From contig NZ_CP042911.1 in assembly GCF_008065095.1 (NCBI RefSeq), positions 3,120,001 through 3,152,000 of the forward strand: 32,000 nt of DNA, written 5' to 3'. The DNA is from Gemmata obscuriglobus. Lineage in GTDB: Bacteria; Planctomycetota; Planctomycetia; Gemmatales; Gemmataceae. The translations under genes were made by a program, and so were the position numbers. The notes under the pieces are model-generated. The model saw only the letters and a list, made by a program, of their open reading frames with translations. It was not told the DNA's origin and did no database searches. Positions 16,452 to 26,800 of the stretch are shown piece by piece. Positions within the stretch are counted from its first letter, which is position 1. Every line of letters starts with the position of its first letter.

Positions 16452-17846
16452 ATGAACCGCTTCCCCCCTCGAATGCCGCCCGCCGCGCCCGAACGGGCGC
16501 CCGCGAACGCCCCGCCCGTTGCCGCCGGCCCGGACGCGGCCGACGAGTTGCGCAAGTTCAAGGCGCAGTTGCACCGCCGGCTGGTGGTCGGGATGGACCT
16601 CACGGCGCTCAACGCGCTGTCCCGCGAGCAGCTCCGCCAGGAGGTGCGGCGGGTGGCCGAAGAGCTGTGCCAGCGGAGCCCGAACCTGCTTAACCAGCAG
16701 GAGCGGGAGCGGCTGGTGAACGAGGTGCTGGACGAGACGTTCGGCCTCGGCCCGCTCGAAACGCTGATGCGCGACCCGACGATCAGCGACATCCTGATCA
16801 ACGGCCCGCACACGGTGTACGCCGAGCGGCACGGGCGGCTGGAGCTGACCGACGTCAAGTTCACCGACGCCGCGCACCTGCTGCACATCGTGCAGCGGGT
16901 GGTGACCCAGACCGGGCGCCGGGTGGACGAGACGTGCCCGATGGTGGACAGCCGGCTGCCCGACGGGAGCCGCATCAACGCCATCATCCCGCCGCTGGCG
17001 CTCGACGGGGCGCTGGTGTCCATCCGCCGGTTCGGCTCGAAGCCGATCCGGGCCGCGGACCTGGTCGCCAACCGGTCGATCCCGGCGGAGGCGATGGACT
17101 TCCTGGCGGCGTGCGTGCGCGCGCGGCTGAACGTCGTCGTGTCGGGCGGCACGGGGAGCGGCAAGACGACCCTGCTGAACGCGTTGTCCGCGTTCATCCC
17201 GCACGACGAGCGGGTGATCACGATTGAGGACGCGGCCGAGCTGCGGTTGCAGCAGCCGCACGTGGGGCGGATGGAGACCCGCCCGAACAACATTGAGGGC
17301 GTCGGCGCCGTCGGCACCCGCGAGCTGGTGCGGAACGCGCTCCGGATGCGCCCGGACCGGATCGTGATCGGCGAGTGCCGCGGCCCGGAGGCGCTGGACA
17401 TGCTCCAGGCGATGAACACCGGGCACGACGGCAGCCTGACCACGGTCCACGCGAACGACACCCGTGAGGCGCTCGGGCGCCTGGAGGTGATGGTCGGGAT
17501 GGCCGGGTTCGACCTGCCGATGTGGGTGATCCGCCGCCAGATCGCGGCGGCGGTACACGTTGTGGTGCAGGTGAGCCGGCTCGTCGGCGGGGCGCGGAAG
17601 GTGACCAAGGTGTCCGAGGTGACCGGCGCCGAGGGCGACAACTTCGTGATGCAGGACCTGTTCGTGTTCCAGCAGACGGGGGTGGACGCGGACCGCCGCG
17701 CCCAGGGGTGCTTCCACGCGACCGGGCTGCGGCCCAACTGCCTGGAGCGGCTCGAGGCGCACGGGCACCCGCTGTCGGTCGACCTGTTTCGCAAGCGGAT
17801 CCTCCAGCCGGGCGCGCCCGGTGCCGAGCGGAGCGCGTGGAAATGA
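16452..17846 (+). CDS. cpaF: CpaF/TadA secretion ATPase
   Basis: ATG 16452 (MNRFPPRMPP) is in frame with ORF 16191-17846. The upstream part of that ORF is R/P/A-rich with no homology pattern. Motifs: LGPLE.LM.DP.ISDILINGP; Walker A GGTGSGKTT (17145-17171); ITIEDAAEL; RPDRIVIGECRG; MNTGHDGSLTTVHAN. Confidence 0.93.
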   Translation: MNRFPPRMPPAAPERAPANAPPVAAGPDAADELRKFKAQLHRRLVVGMDLTALNALSREQLRQEVRRVAEELCQRSPNLLNQQERERLVNEVLDETFGLGPLETLMRDPTISDILINGPHTVYAERHGRLELTDVKFTDAAHLLHIVQRVVTQTGRRVDETCPMVDSRLPDGSRINAIIPPLALDGALVSIRRFGSKPIRAADLVANRSIPAEAMDFLAACVRARLNVVVSGGTGSGKTTLLNALSAFIPHDERVITIEDAAELRLQQPHVGRMETRPNNIEGVGAVGTRELVRNALRMRPDRIVIGECRGPEALDMLQAMNTGHDGSLTTVHANDTREALGRLEVMVGMAGFDLPMWVIRRQIAAAVHVVVQVSRLVGGARKVTKVSEVTGAEGDNFVMQDLFVFQQTGVDADRRAQGCFHATGLRPNCLERLEAHGHPLSVDLFRKRILQPGAPGAERSAWK

Positions 17847-18835
17847 TCGCACAGATCGGTGTGTTCGTCGCGGTCACCGGGGCCGCCCTGATGGTCCTCT
17901 GGGTCGCGTCGGCGAGCCGGGGGCCGGCCCGGGCGCGGTTCCGGCGGCGGCTGGACGAGGAGTTCGCCGGCGAGGCGACCGGTCCGGGCGGTCCCGCGCT
18001 GCTGTACAAGAACCTCGACGCGCTCAGCGCGCTGGACCCCAATGCCTCGCTGCCCCCGGCCGACCCCCAGGTGCCGCGCCCGGCCGCGCGCCCGGCCCGG
18101 CGCCGACGGTTCTGGGCCGAAGAGCAGTTGCGGCGGGCGGGGGTGCCGCTGACCCCGCGCCAGTTCCTCATCGCGTCGGCCGGGCTCGGGGCGGGTGCCG
18201 GGGGGCTCGGGGCGGTGTTCGTCAGCCCGCTCGCCGGGGCCGCCGCCGCGCTCGTGGGGCTGGTGGCCCCGACCGTGCTCGTGCGTCTGCGGCTGAAGCG
18301 GCGGCGCGAAAAATACTTGCGGCAGATCGCCGGGGCGTTCGAGCTGATGGCGCGCGTGATCCGGACCGGGCAATCGGTGACGGAAGCGTTCCGGGCCGCG
18401 GTGGGCGCGTTCGACGACCCCCTGGCCGAGGAGTTCGGCCGGTGCGTGCACCAGATCGAACACGGGATCCGCCCGGAGGCGGCGTTCCGCGAGATGAGCG
18501 ACCGGGCCGACGTACTGGAGCTGCGCATCTTTGTTGTGGCGATGACGATCCAGCGGCAGACCGGGGGCAACCTGTCCGAGGTTCTGGACCGGCTCGCCGG
18601 GGTGGTCCGGGCGCGGCTCCGGGTGCGCCAGAAGATCCGGGCGCTGACCGCGGAAGGGCGGATGCAGAGCCGCACCCTGACGGTGCTGCCGGTGGTCGTG
18701 TTCGCGATGATGTACTTCCTCAACCGCCCCTACGCGGAGGGGCTGCTGGCTCAGTGGCGGCTGCTGCTCGGCACCGTCACCTGCGTGGCGGTCGGCACGC
18801 TGTGGATCCGCAACATCATGAATTTCGAGGGCTAA
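17843..18835 (+). CDS. tadB: TadB-like inner-membrane platform protein (T2SSF family)
   Basis: ATG 17843 overlaps the cpaF stop as ATGA. N-terminal TM helix MIAQIGVFVAVTGAALMVLWV; further TM helices follow; T2SSF-like core GAFELMARVIRTGQSVTEAF...LTAEGRMQ. The upstream part of ORF 17522- is the out-of-frame shadow of cpaF. Confidence 0.88.
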   Translation: MIAQIGVFVAVTGAALMVLWVASASRGPARARFRRRLDEEFAGEATGPGGPALLYKNLDALSALDPNASLPPADPQVPRPAARPARRRRFWAEEQLRRAGVPLTPRQFLIASAGLGAGAGGLGAVFVSPLAGAAAALVGLVAPTVLVRLRLKRRREKYLRQIAGAFELMARVIRTGQSVTEAFRAAVGAFDDPLAEEFGRCVHQIEHGIRPEAAFREMSDRADVLELRIFVVAMTIQRQTGGNLSEVLDRLAGVVRARLRVRQKIRALTAEGRMQSRTLTVLPVVVFAMMYFLNRPYAEGLLAQWRLLLGTVTCVAVGTLWIRNIMNFEG

Positions 18836-18839
18836 GGGG

Positions 18840-19763
18840 ATGCTCGCGCTCGCGGTAGGGGGGCTGGCGTTCGGGGCCGTCGCGCTCGGCGCGCTGGCCG
18901 CCGTCCGGCTGTTGGAGGAGCGGCCGACCCACGACGTGGGCCGGGCCCTGAGGCGCCTCCGCGAGCTGAACGGCGCCGCGGCGCCCGGGGACGCGGGGGA
19001 GGCGGGCGGGTGGCTCGCGACCGTCGGCGCCTGGCTCGGCAGCCGGCTGGCGTTTCGGAGCGGCGCGCGGGCGGTCGAACTCGCGGACCGGCTCGCGCTG
19101 GCCGGGTACCGGCACCCGTCGGCCGTGCTGTGCTACGGCGCGGCACAACTGGTTCTGATGATCGCGCCGGCCGCAACCGCGGGCGGCGCCGCCTTCACCC
19201 TGGAGGGCGCCTGGAACAAGGTCCTCTTGTGGGCGGCCGCCGGCGGGGCCGCCGGGCTGGTCGCGCCGTCGGTGCTGCTGGGCGCGCGCATCGAGAAGCG
19301 GCAGCGGCTGATCCGCAACGCGCTGCCCGACGCGCTGGACATCATGGTCCTGAGCGTGGAGGGCGGCTCCAGCCTGAACGCGGCCCTGATGTGGGCGGCC
19401 GACGAGATCCGGGACGTCCACCCGGTGCTCGGGGCGGAACTGCTGGTCGTCCAGCGCGAGGTGCAGTTGGGGCTGTCGATGGGGGACGCGTTCCAGGGGT
19501 TCGCCCGGCGGTGCGGCATCCCGGAGGGCCGGGACCTGGCGGCGGCGCTGATCCAGTCGGAGAAGTACGGGGCGAGCGTGGGCAAGGCGCTCCGCACGTT
19601 CGCCGACTCGGCCCGGCAGGACCGCCAGGCCTGGGCCGAGGAGGTGGCGCAGAAGGCGTCGGTGAAGGTCGTGTTCCCGATGCTGCTGTGCATCTTCCCG
19701 GCGATCTTCATCGTGCTGCTCGGGCCGGCGGCGGTGCAGATGTCCCAGTTGTTCGCCCGGTAG
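18840..19763 (+). CDS. tadC: TadC-like inner-membrane platform protein (T2SSF family)
   Basis: ATG 18840 lies 4 nt after the tadB stop, with AAGGGG as SD. Motifs: NALPDALDIMVLSVEGGSSLNAAL...QSEKYGASVGKALR. TM helices at both ends. Confidence 0.88.
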   Translation: MLALAVGGLAFGAVALGALAAVRLLEERPTHDVGRALRRLRELNGAAAPGDAGEAGGWLATVGAWLGSRLAFRSGARAVELADRLALAGYRHPSAVLCYGAAQLVLMIAPAATAGGAAFTLEGAWNKVLLWAAAGGAAGLVAPSVLLGARIEKRQRLIRNALPDALDIMVLSVEGGSSLNAALMWAADEIRDVHPVLGAELLVVQREVQLGLSMGDAFQGFARRCGIPEGRDLAAALIQSEKYGASVGKALRTFADSARQDRQAWAEEVAQKASVKVVFPMLLCIFPAIFIVLLGPAAVQMSQLFAR

Positions 19764-19781
19764 AAACCGCAGAGGTGTGTC

Positions 19782-20207
19782 GTGACCCGCAAGCCATTAA
19801 GCCCGAACCCGTGCCGGCGCGGGGCCGCCGCGGTCGAGCTGGCGCTGCTGCTACCGCTGCTGGCCCTGCTGTTCTCGGCCGGGGTCGATTTCGCACGGGC
19901 GCTCCGCACGACCCAGGTGCTGCAAAGCGCCGCCGGCTCCGCGGGCACGTACGCCACGGGGACGGCCTGGACCCCGGCGTCGACCACCACGACCGCGGAC
20001 GCGGCCGTCGCGGCGGCGCTCGCCGAGGGCGCCGGACTCGACCCGCCGCTCCAGGCGTCGCAGGTGACGATTACGACCGTCGGGAACACGGTCACGGTGA
20101 CGGTGGCGTACGACATGCCGCTGTTCACCCAGTTCCTGATTCCCGCGGGCACCGTACACCTCGAGCGCACGGCCGCCGGTCGGGTCGCGCCGCGACCCGG
20201 GGAGTGA
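19782..20207 (+). CDS. tadE: TadE-like pseudopilin / minor pilin
   Basis: GAGGTG SD lies before GTG 19782. N-terminal TadE motif RRGAAAVELALLLPLLALLF, then a short beta-rich domain. Confidence 0.8.
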   Translation: MTRKPLSPNPCRRGAAAVELALLLPLLALLFSAGVDFARALRTTQVLQSAAGSAGTYATGTAWTPASTTTTADAAVAAALAEGAGLDPPLQASQVTITTVGNTVTVTVAYDMPLFTQFLIPAGTVHLERTAAGRVAPRPGE

Positions 20208-20235
20208 CGGCGCTGCGGCGCGAGGAGGGCAACCG

Positions 20236-20718
20236 ATGAGGCTCGTGACCACCGCCCGGCGCCCCGGCGCCTCGGCCGTCGAGACCGCCCTGGTGCTGGG
20301 CGTGCTGCTCGTGCTGGTGTTCGGGCTGATCGCCGGCGGCACCGGCGTGTTCCGCCAGCAGCAGATGGAGTGCCTCGCGTGCGAGGGCGCCCGCTGGGCG
20401 AGCGCCCGCGCCGGCGACTACCAGAAGGACACGAACGGCCCCTGTCCCACCGCCCAGCAGATCGCCGACCGGGCGGTCGCACCGCTGGCCGTCGGGGTGG
20501 ACCCGGCGGCCTTGGGCGTGAAGGTGGAGTGGATCGACGGCGCGACGAACACGGCCTGGGACTGGGACGCGGCGCCGAAGGACGTGCGGTCCGTCACCGC
20601 GTCCGGCGAGTACGTGACCAACTCCGTGCGGGTGACGGTGACGTACCAGTGGGCGCCCGGGACGTTCTGGAGCCCCAGGGCGATCGGCGGCGTGTGCGTC
20701 ATGCCGCTGTCCAACTGA
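20236..20718 (+). CDS. Second TadE/TadF-like pseudopilin
   Basis: GAGGAGGG SD lies before ATG 20236. N-terminal motif RRPGASAVETALVLGVLLVLVFGL. Confidence 0.78.
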   Translation: MRLVTTARRPGASAVETALVLGVLLVLVFGLIAGGTGVFRQQQMECLACEGARWASARAGDYQKDTNGPCPTAQQIADRAVAPLAVGVDPAALGVKVEWIDGATNTAWDWDAAPKDVRSVTASGEYVTNSVRVTVTYQWAPGTFWSPRAIGGVCVMPLSN

Positions 20719-20812
20719 CTGATGCACGGTCCGGTTGAGGTCGTCCGTTTTTAGCTTTTACCTTTGCGGCACAGGCATTGTCGCCCGGACCGTGAATGAG
20801 GGAGCGGCGAGC

Positions 20813-22066
20813 GTGTTGCGAGCGAACCGCGTTCCCCGGCGCGCCGGGGCCGTGCTGGTCAAGGTGGCGATCTGCCTCCCGGTGCTCATCGGGGTGCTGG
20901 CGCTGAACCTGGACGGCGGGCGCCTGTACGACGAGCGCCGCCGCGCCCAGGCGACGGCCGACGCGGCCGCGCTGGCCGCCGGTGCGGACCTGTACGCGAA
21001 CTACTGGACCAACCAGGGGGCCGACCCGATCGGCACCGCGCGCGCGGCGGCCGAGCAGGTGGCGGTCGCGAACGGGTACCCGGCGTCGGCCGTGACCGTG
21101 ACCGTCCCGCCGACCTCCGGGGCCTACGCCGGTCAGCCGGGCCACGCGGAGGTGCGGATCGACAGCGCCGTCACGAACTCGTTCGGCCGCACCATTACGG
21201 GCAGCGCGACGGGCGTGTCGGCCCGGGCGGTGGGCCGCGGCGAGCCGGTGAGGATCGGCATCGTGCTGCTGAACCCGACCGCGTCCGGCGCGTTCAAGAA
21301 CACGGCCGCGGCGTTCGCCCTCATCAACAAGCCGCTGGTGGTCAACTCCACCAGCCCGACCGCCCTCCAGAGCAGCGGGCTGCTGCTGCTGTCGCTGAGC
21401 AAGGTGCAGTCGACGGGCGGGGCGTCGATCACGAGCCTGCTGCCGCTGGGGGTGCCGGTGAAGACCGGCGCGCGCCCGACCCCGGACCCGCTGGCCTTCC
21501 TGCCGGTGCCGGACGAGTCGGCGGCGCCGGTGCGCAGCTCGACCCCGCTCACGATCAGCAGCGTTGTACCGACCGTCCTCCAGCCGGGCGTGTACAAGGG
21601 CGGCATCCGGGTGACCGGGCTGGGCGTCGCGGTGATGACCCCGGGGGTGTACGTCATGCAGGGCGGCGGGTTCCGCGTGGACGGGGCCGGCACGGTCACC
21701 GGCCTGAGCACGATGGTGTACAACACGACCAGCCCGACCCACGCCGCGGGACCGGTTTCCGTCACCGGCCTGGGCAAGGTGGTCATGACCGCGCCGCTGT
21801 CGGGCACGTACCAGGGGATGAGCTTCTTCCAGCACCGCGGGCTGAACCAGCCGGTGACGGTGTCCGGGGCCGGGCTGACCACCGTCACCGGGACCGTGTA
21901 CGCCGCGAAGGCGCCGGTCACCCTGACCGGCACCGCGGCGGTCGGGCTGGACATTATGGGTGGGGCGTTCGTGGCCGATTCGATGACCGTCGGCGGGATC
22001 GGAGCGGTGACGGTGAACATCGGGCTGAACCCGCCCCGGGTGCCCGACGTGCGGGTCGTCGAGTAG
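20813..22066 (+). CDS. tadG: TadG-like pilus assembly / tip protein
   Basis: N-terminal motif RRAGAVLVKVAICLPVLIGVLALNLDGGRLYDERRRAQATADAAALAAGADL is typical of TadG-type proteins. The C-terminal half is Gly/Val/Thr-rich and beta-helix-like. I prefer start GTG 20813 (GAGGGA about 10 nt upstream); the ORF opens at TTG 20735. Confidence 0.75.
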   Translation: MLRANRVPRRAGAVLVKVAICLPVLIGVLALNLDGGRLYDERRRAQATADAAALAAGADLYANYWTNQGADPIGTARAAAEQVAVANGYPASAVTVTVPPTSGAYAGQPGHAEVRIDSAVTNSFGRTITGSATGVSARAVGRGEPVRIGIVLLNPTASGAFKNTAAAFALINKPLVVNSTSPTALQSSGLLLLSLSKVQSTGGASITSLLPLGVPVKTGARPTPDPLAFLPVPDESAAPVRSSTPLTISSVVPTVLQPGVYKGGIRVTGLGVAVMTPGVYVMQGGGFRVDGAGTVTGLSTMVYNTTSPTHAAGPVSVTGLGKVVMTAPLSGTYQGMSFFQHRGLNQPVTVSGAGLTTVTGTVYAAKAPVTLTGTAAVGLDIMGGAFVADSMTVGGIGAVTVNIGLNPPRVPDVRVVE

Positions 22067-22101
22067 CGTTCCCGAACCGAAGGCCGAGCGGGAGATTCTG
22101 T

Positions 22102-23721
22102 ATGTGGAGCGGCGTTCTGCGGGCCGGTGAGTCGCAACTCGAGGACCCGCCCGAGGTGCTGCGCTGGCAGTTCTTCCGCGGGCTCCGCGCGAGCAAACTG
22201 CTGCCGACCGAGGAGGTGGACCAGCTCGAGCGGGACGCACAGAGCGCTCCGGTTGAGGAGATCCAGCAGCACCTGTTGGAGCAGGGCGCGCTCACGCCGT
22301 ACCAGGTGCGGCGCATCCGCGACGGCGCGCCCACCGGCCTCGTGCTGGCCCAGTACAAAGTGCTCGACGAGATCGGCGGGGGCGGGTTCGGACAGGTGTA
22401 CAAGGCGAGCCACTCGGTGATGAACCGGGTGGTGGCGCTCAAGCTCATGACCCCGGACCGGTGCCGCAGCCGGCTCTTTCGGGACGTGTTCTACCGCGAG
22501 GTGGCCGCGGTCACGCGGCTGAACCACCCGAACGTGGTGCTCACGTTCGACGCGAACGAGACCGACGGGGTGCTGTTCCTCGCGATGGAGTACGTCCAGG
22601 GGCCGTCGCTCCACGCCTACGTGACGGACAACGGCCCGCCGGACCTGCCGCTGGCGGTGTCGATTATGCTGCAACTCTCGTCGGGCCTGGCCCACGCGCA
22701 CGAGGCCGGGCTGGTGCACCGCGACCTCAAGCCCGCCAACGTTCTCGTTCAGGACATCGGCCCGGGCGCGGTGCGGGCCAAGGTGATCGATTTCGGACTG
22801 GCCCGGCTTCACGCTCGCGGCGGGGGCGAGCACGGAACCCTGATGGCCGACCCGGGCGCGCTGGTCGGCACCCCTGCGTTCATGGCCCCGGAACAGGCGG
22901 TCAACTTCCACGACGCCGACGTGCGGTCCGATTTGTACAGCCTGGGCTGCACCTGCTATTTCTTGCTCACCGGCCGGCTGCCGTTCGAGGGGCCGTCGTG
23001 CCGGGCCGTGCTGGAGATGCACGCCAAGCGGGCCGCGCGGCCGCTCCGGGAGCTGCGCCCGGACGTGCCGGTTGCCCTGGCCGCGGTGGTTCATCGGCTG
23101 ATGGCGAAGCGCCCGGAGGACCGGTACCAGACCGCCGACCAGTTGTGCGACGCGCTGACCGCGCTGGTGCCGGTCGCCGCGTTCACCGAGGGGTGCGAAT
23201 ACAGCAGCCCCCGCGCCGCTTCCGTTCTCGGGGAGGACCAGCCGACCCCGTTGGCGTGGGCGGAGCCGGAGCCGTCGCCGACGGTGGCGGTGTTCGAGCG
23301 CCCGCGCGAGGCGGGCGTTACCGACGCCGAGGCGCGCCGGTTGTGGTCAAAGTGGTGCTCCGTGGTCGAAGCCCAGTCGCAGGGCGCTCCGCCGGCCCTG
23401 ACCGGGCCGCAGTACGCCGAGCTGTACGAGACCCTGGTCCGCGCGCTCCGCGCGCTGGGCGAAGATTCGGAGCAGCTCCGAGCCGCGGTCGAGCCGTGGG
23501 TCACGCTCCGCGCGCTCCAGACTCTGGATCGCAGCGCGATCGCCGAGCTGTACCAGACGTGCCGGAATCTGAATTCGGCTTTCGGGTCGGCTCCGCCCGC
23601 GCCCACAAGACTGCGGTCGCTGGCCGCGCTTTCGTTTGCATTCCTGGCACTCGCAGCGGGCGCCTGGGGTGCTGTTACGTACTGGCCCCGCGTGATGGCA
23701 TTTCTCTCAGGCGCACGGTAG
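22102..23721 (+). CDS. Hanks-type Ser/Thr protein kinase with C-terminal TM anchor
   Basis: GGGAGA SD lies before ATG 22102, which is 35 nt after the tadG-like stop on the same strand. The N-terminal helical region contains LTPYQVRRI. Kinase motifs: GGGGFGQVYKA, ALK, HRDLKPANVLV, DFGLAR, APE. C-terminal hydrophobic segment: LAALSFAFLALAAGAWGAV. Confidence 0.9.
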   Translation: MWSGVLRAGESQLEDPPEVLRWQFFRGLRASKLLPTEEVDQLERDAQSAPVEEIQQHLLEQGALTPYQVRRIRDGAPTGLVLAQYKVLDEIGGGGFGQVYKASHSVMNRVVALKLMTPDRCRSRLFRDVFYREVAAVTRLNHPNVVLTFDANETDGVLFLAMEYVQGPSLHAYVTDNGPPDLPLAVSIMLQLSSGLAHAHEAGLVHRDLKPANVLVQDIGPGAVRAKVIDFGLARLHARGGGEHGTLMADPGALVGTPAFMAPEQAVNFHDADVRSDLYSLGCTCYFLLTGRLPFEGPSCRAVLEMHAKRAARPLRELRPDVPVALAAVVHRLMAKRPEDRYQTADQLCDALTALVPVAAFTEGCEYSSPRAASVLGEDQPTPLAWAEPEPSPTVAVFERPREAGVTDAEARRLWSKWCSVVEAQSQGAPPALTGPQYAELYETLVRALRALGEDSEQLRAAVEPWVTLRALQTLDRSAIAELYQTCRNLNSAFGSAPPAPTRLRSLAALSFAFLALAAGAWGAVTYWPRVMAFLSGAR

Positions 23722-23803
23722 CACCCGAGAAAAATGCACAGTCATGCCCCCAGACTGGCGTCCGTGCCAAAAGCCGCCAGTGTGGCGACGACATTGGTTC
23801 GTT

Positions 23804-26800
23804 TCAAGGGGTGGATGGAACGGCAGTCGGGTGACTGCTGAAGTCGATCGGCGGCAGCCGCCACACGCGCAGGACGCGGTCTTGGCCGACTGCCGCGACG
23901 GCACTTCCGTCGGGTGCGAGCACGACCTTGTGGACGTTGCCCCCGCACGGCAACCGCGGGCCGACGGCCCGACCGGTTCGGGCGTCCCAGAGTCGGACGT
24001 CGCCCTCCCAGCCGCCGGTCGCCAGCAGGTCACTTCCCGACCGGCACCCGACCGCCCGGACGGCCGTTTGGTGCGGGAGCACCGCCACGAGCCCGGCGGT
24101 GGTCGCGTCCCAGAGACGTACCGTACACCGGTCCTCGAACGGCGGGCGCCCGGCGATCGTGTACACCCGCGAGCCCCCCGCTGCGAAACCGGCGTACCGG
24201 ATCACTTCCCCGCCGTGGTCGAGTTCCGGCCCGACCGGGCGCCCTGTGGCAACGTCCTGAACCAGCGCAGAACCGCCGGGGCCGCGCTCGATCACCGTGC
24301 GGCCGTCCGGGCCGGTCAGCTTGTCCCAAGGGCGTGTCCGCCCACGTTCCCATTCGGACACGACCCGCTGTCCGGTCGCGGCGCTCCACTGCCCGACGGG
24401 GCCGTTCGGGCCGAACAGGACCACGGTGCGGCCGTTCGGTTCGTACGTGATGTCGTGGAGCCGCTCGCTGGTTGTGAGCGGCTCGCCGACCGGGGCGCCG
24501 TTGACGGTTTCATGAATTGTGGCGGTCCCGTTCGCGCAGCCGACGGTGTAGGTATCACCGCCGGGAGCGAACGCCGCCGCCGTGACCCGGTCGGGATGCG
24601 TCAGTTCGGGGCCGGCGGGGCGGCCGGTTGCCGCGTTCCACACCCGGCTACGCCCGCCGTTCGGCCCCGGCACCCCTCCGGCGGAGATGAGCCATTTCCC
24701 GTCCGGGCTGTACGCGGTGACGGTCGGTGCGAACCCGAAGTGGGGCAGTTCGAGGTCCGGCCGGAGGTGGTCGCACTTCCAGAGCCGCACCCGGCCGTCC
24801 CGGCACCCGGTCGCGAAGCCGCGCCCGTCCGGTCGGTACGCCACGGCTTGAACCGCGCCCGGGTGGGCCATTGCGGCGCCGAGCGGCCGGCTGCTGTACA
24901 GGTCCCACAACTGGGCGCAGTTCCCGCCGTGGTCCAACCCGCCCCCGCCGGTGAGGACGGTCCGGCCGTCCGGGCCGTGCGCCGCCCCCAGCACGACGTA
25001 TGGGCACACCTGGGGCAGCCCGCGCCGCTGCCCGGTCGCGCGGTCCCAGACCAGCACCGTTTGGTTCTCGCCGCCGGTCACAAGGTGGGTGCCGTCGGGG
25101 GCGAACGCGATCGTGCGAACCGCCGCCGCGTGCATGAGGGTCGGGCCGACCTGCTGGCCCGTTTTCGGGTCCCACAAGCACACCTGCCCCCCGACCGGTC
25201 CGGACGCGGACGCCGGGAGGGCGCAGCCGGACGCGAGCCCGGTGCCGTCCGGACTGTAGGCGACCGCGGCCACGAGCCCGGGCTGACCGATCACGGGGGC
25301 GGCCGGCCGGCCGGTGCCGGTCTCCCAGATGCGGATTTCGCCGCGCTCGTTGGTGCCGTGAGCGCCGCCGCCGGCCGCGAACGTCCGCCCGTCGGGGGCG
25401 AACGCGACCGCATGGACCGTGGCCAGGTCGCGCAGCTTCGCGCCGATCGGGTTCCCGGTTTTGGCGTCCCAGAGTTGAACTGTGCCGTCTTGCCCGGCCG
25501 TCAGCAACTGTGACCCGTCCGGGCTCACCGCGACCGCGAGAACCGGGCTCCCGTGAACGAGTGGAGGACTTGCGGGGGTCCAGCCGTCCGTGTCCCAGAG
25601 TTGAGCCTGTCCGGGCACGGGACCGGCGGGCGCGTTGGTCGACCAGCGGCCGACCAGCAGCCGGCGCCCGTCCGGCATGAACGCGATGGAGGTGACGGAC
25701 GACCCGAGCGGCGGGCTCACCTCCGGCGCGGCGTGCCGCGCGGACCAGGCGGCGATGTTCAGCCGGAAGGCCGGTTCGAGGGCGTCGAGCCCCGCGGCCG
25801 TCACCCGCTCAAGCCCCCGCCGCAGTCCCACGAGCCCCGCGGCCACGTTCCCGCGCTCGCACTGCTCGAGGCTTTGATCGAGCAGCAGTTCGGCGGCGGC
25901 TTGTTCCGCCTGCCGGCGCGCCGCAACCGCGGCGGCGTTCTGCTCGCGGGCGTCGGCCAGGGCGGCCACTTCGGACGCCGCCAGCGCTTCCGCCCGGTTC
26001 CGGGCGGCGACCGCCTCGCGCCACTGGGCGACCACCAGGGCCACCCCCGCCACCGCGACGGCGGTCAGCGCCAGCAACAGCCCGGCGATTGCGGGCCGCC
26101 GCACCGCCCAGCGGGCCGCGCGGCCGGCCGGCCCGACCGGGCGCGCCCGGATCGGCTCGTGCTTCAGGAACCGCCGCAGGTCGGCCGCGAGCGCCGCGGC
26201 CGTGGGGTACCGGCGGGCCGGGTTCTTCTCCAGACATTTGCCGCAAATGGTGACGAGGTCGCGGGGCAGCCGGGGCTGCAACCGGCCCACCGACACCGGC
26301 TCGTCGTGTGCCACCTGGAGCAGCGTGTCCAGCGGCGTGGCCGCCCGGAACGGGGGGCGGCCGGTGAGCAACTCGTACAGGATCGCGCCGAGCGAGTACA
26401 CGTCGGCCGCGGGGCCGACCGGGTGCCCGGCCCCGCGGGCCTGCTCCGGGGACGTGTACGACGGCGTTCCGAGGAACAGGCCGGACGCGGTCAGCGGCTC
26501 GCGCTGCGGGTCGGGCTCGTGCGTCACCTTCGCGAGCCCGAAGTCCGAGACCTTCACCTCGGGTAACGCGGGATCGCCCGCGGACGGGTCTGAGGCGAGT
26601 AACACGTTGGCGGGTTTGAGGTCGCGGTGCAGGATGCCGTTCTGGTGGGCGTACTCGACGGCCCGGGCGATGGCCGCCACGAGCCGGGCGGCGGTGCGCG
26701 GGGGCTGGGGGGTGCCGCCCGCCCAGGCGGCGAGCGTCGGCCCGTCGACCAGTTCGAGCGAGAAGAACGGACGGCCGCCGTGGTCCCCGGTGTCGTGAAC

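Noticed and set aside
15052-18723. Long minus-strand ORFs (15052-16443, 15804-17852, 16181-18463, 17218-18723) and off-frame plus-strand ORFs across the tad operon
   Set aside because: The products are Arg/Pro-rich and motif-free, and lie antisense or out of frame to clearly recognisable cpaE/cpaF/tadB genes. They are shadow ORFs.
20699-23094. Minus-strand ORFs 20699-22240 and 21133-23094 (513 and 653 aa)
   Set aside because: They are antisense to the tadG-like and kinase genes, with the same low-complexity composition and no motifs.
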